In this document: positions 62,770 to 64,000 of the stretch, piece after piece
Layout: every line of letters starts with the position of its first letter
How positions within the stretch are numbered: position 1 is the first letter of the stretch
Assembly: GCA_013265495.1 (NCBI GenBank)
Contig: MU057416.1
Location: 118,545-182,544 of the forward strand
Origin: Vicugna vicugna
Lineage: Eukaryota
Direction of reading: 5' to 3'
DNA length: 64,000 nucleotides
Position numbers and translations under genes: made by a program
The notes under the pieces: model-generated
Databases searched by the model: none
The model's input: only the letters and a program-made list of their open reading frames with translations
Told to the model about the DNA's origin: nothing

Positions 62770-64000
62770 TAAATTTATGAATCAATTATTTCCCACATCA
62801 CATTTTATTGATTATAGTTTATGCCTGTGAGACTTTTCCTTTATGGTTATTATCTTTCAAAATGTGATTTTCCCTGCGAAACAATACAGATCTAAATTCC
62901 CCAAGAAGGTTTAAATGTTTCTATTTAGCCAGAAACAACATTTCCTGTGTGCAGTTTTAGCCACTGTTGGCTTCTTTCTTTCTTTCTTTTTTGCATTTCA
63001 ATGTTACAAAAAATGTAATTTATGTAATACAATTTTTCACTTCTGTCAAATTTTAGATGGGGCAGTACTGGCCGTTCTTACATCTATTTTGCGTTGATAT
63101 TTCTATTGGTAACATCCATTTTGTGATTGTGAGCTCTTTCAGCAAGATTCCTTTTGAGATTTTGAGAGTCCGGGTTATTTCTCAGGGAGCCAAGGGACAC
63201 CTGAGAAATACTTATAGGACTGTGTATATAGTCTAGCATTGTTAGGTTTTAATTCTTATTCATTTGCATGACGTTCTTCTAATTAACTTACATACCTTGT
63301 GCCAACTTCTTACTAACTGGTGGAACAAAAAGTAAATAGAAAGATGAACACAGATTTGAAATGTTCTCAGTGTACAAGGGCAGGTGAGGTCACAATTAGT
63401 TGTCAGACCATCCTCCTTCAGTCTCTGCATTTAGGGAAAATGAAAGCAGTTACACGGCACACATGGTTCTAACTGAATCCCTCGAGATTTCTCCAGCTTT
63501 GTTCTGGGGTCACTTTGTGGCAAGTACTCCATACTCCTCTTGTAAATTTCATTTTCCCCAAAAATATGTTTTTCTGCTTCTAAACTGTTGACCACACTGT
63601 GTTTTCTTCCCTCCACAATTTTTTAACTGGGCAAATTATGATTGCTTCAATTCCACATATGAATATGTATGTGTATATATATTCAACATTTAGTTCAGAG
63701 GTCACCTCCTCTGGGCAGCCCTCCTGCACGCCTTCTGGTCCTCCACCCCTTTCGCACCTGGACGGGTGCTCTTCTGACTTGATGGTCCTGTGGCTGATGC
63801 ACTGGTGACCTCCTCACCTGGCTGTCTCTCACAGTGGCTGGTGAGCTCCTGTCGGTTTTCACTGGGCCTCTGCTGACGCCCCAGTGAGCTGATCGAATGC
63901 ATGGTCTGTCAGTGTAGCCCAATCCTGTACACAGAAACCACTTAATAACTCACTAAAAACAACTTTAGTGGTCCTTTTGTTGTTGCTGTGGCTTAAGTGA

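Noticed and set aside
1..64000. CRISPR arrays, operons, rRNA or other prokaryote-type systems
   Set aside because: Sequence is clearly mammalian; no repeat-spacer arrays or long intronless genes seen.

Overview
Mammalian genomic DNA, most likely camelid (six short tRNA-Ala(AGC)-derived SINEs of the Vic-1 type; no BovB/Bov-A/PRE1-like elements recognised). The window spans the divergent ATP6V1G3-PTPRC interval. The first coding exon of ATP6V1G3 (V-ATPase subunit G3, minus strand) is at 69-150. About 55 kb of repeat-rich intergenic DNA follows (L1, L2, MIR, LTR and DNA-transposon relics, an 86-N gap, an orphan CpG island near 33.5-34.3 kb). The promoter, exon 1, exon 2 (signal peptide) and start of intron 2 of PTPRC/CD45 lie on the plus strand from about 55.26 kb. 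The most notable observation is that the ATP6V1G3 initiator codon reads ACG rather than ATG, in a perfect Kozak context (GCCACC-ACG-G), with no AUG in any frame of the putative first exon. This could be non-AUG initiation, gene decay or an assembly error. Other points: a PTPRC uORF whose stop overlaps the main start (AUGA), signs of local AT-to-GC drift, and several structurally informative retrotransposon insertions. I see no evidence of a new multi-gene system; nearly all listed ORFs are spurious. Repeat family names and human comparisons come from recalled consensus sequences, not from a search.
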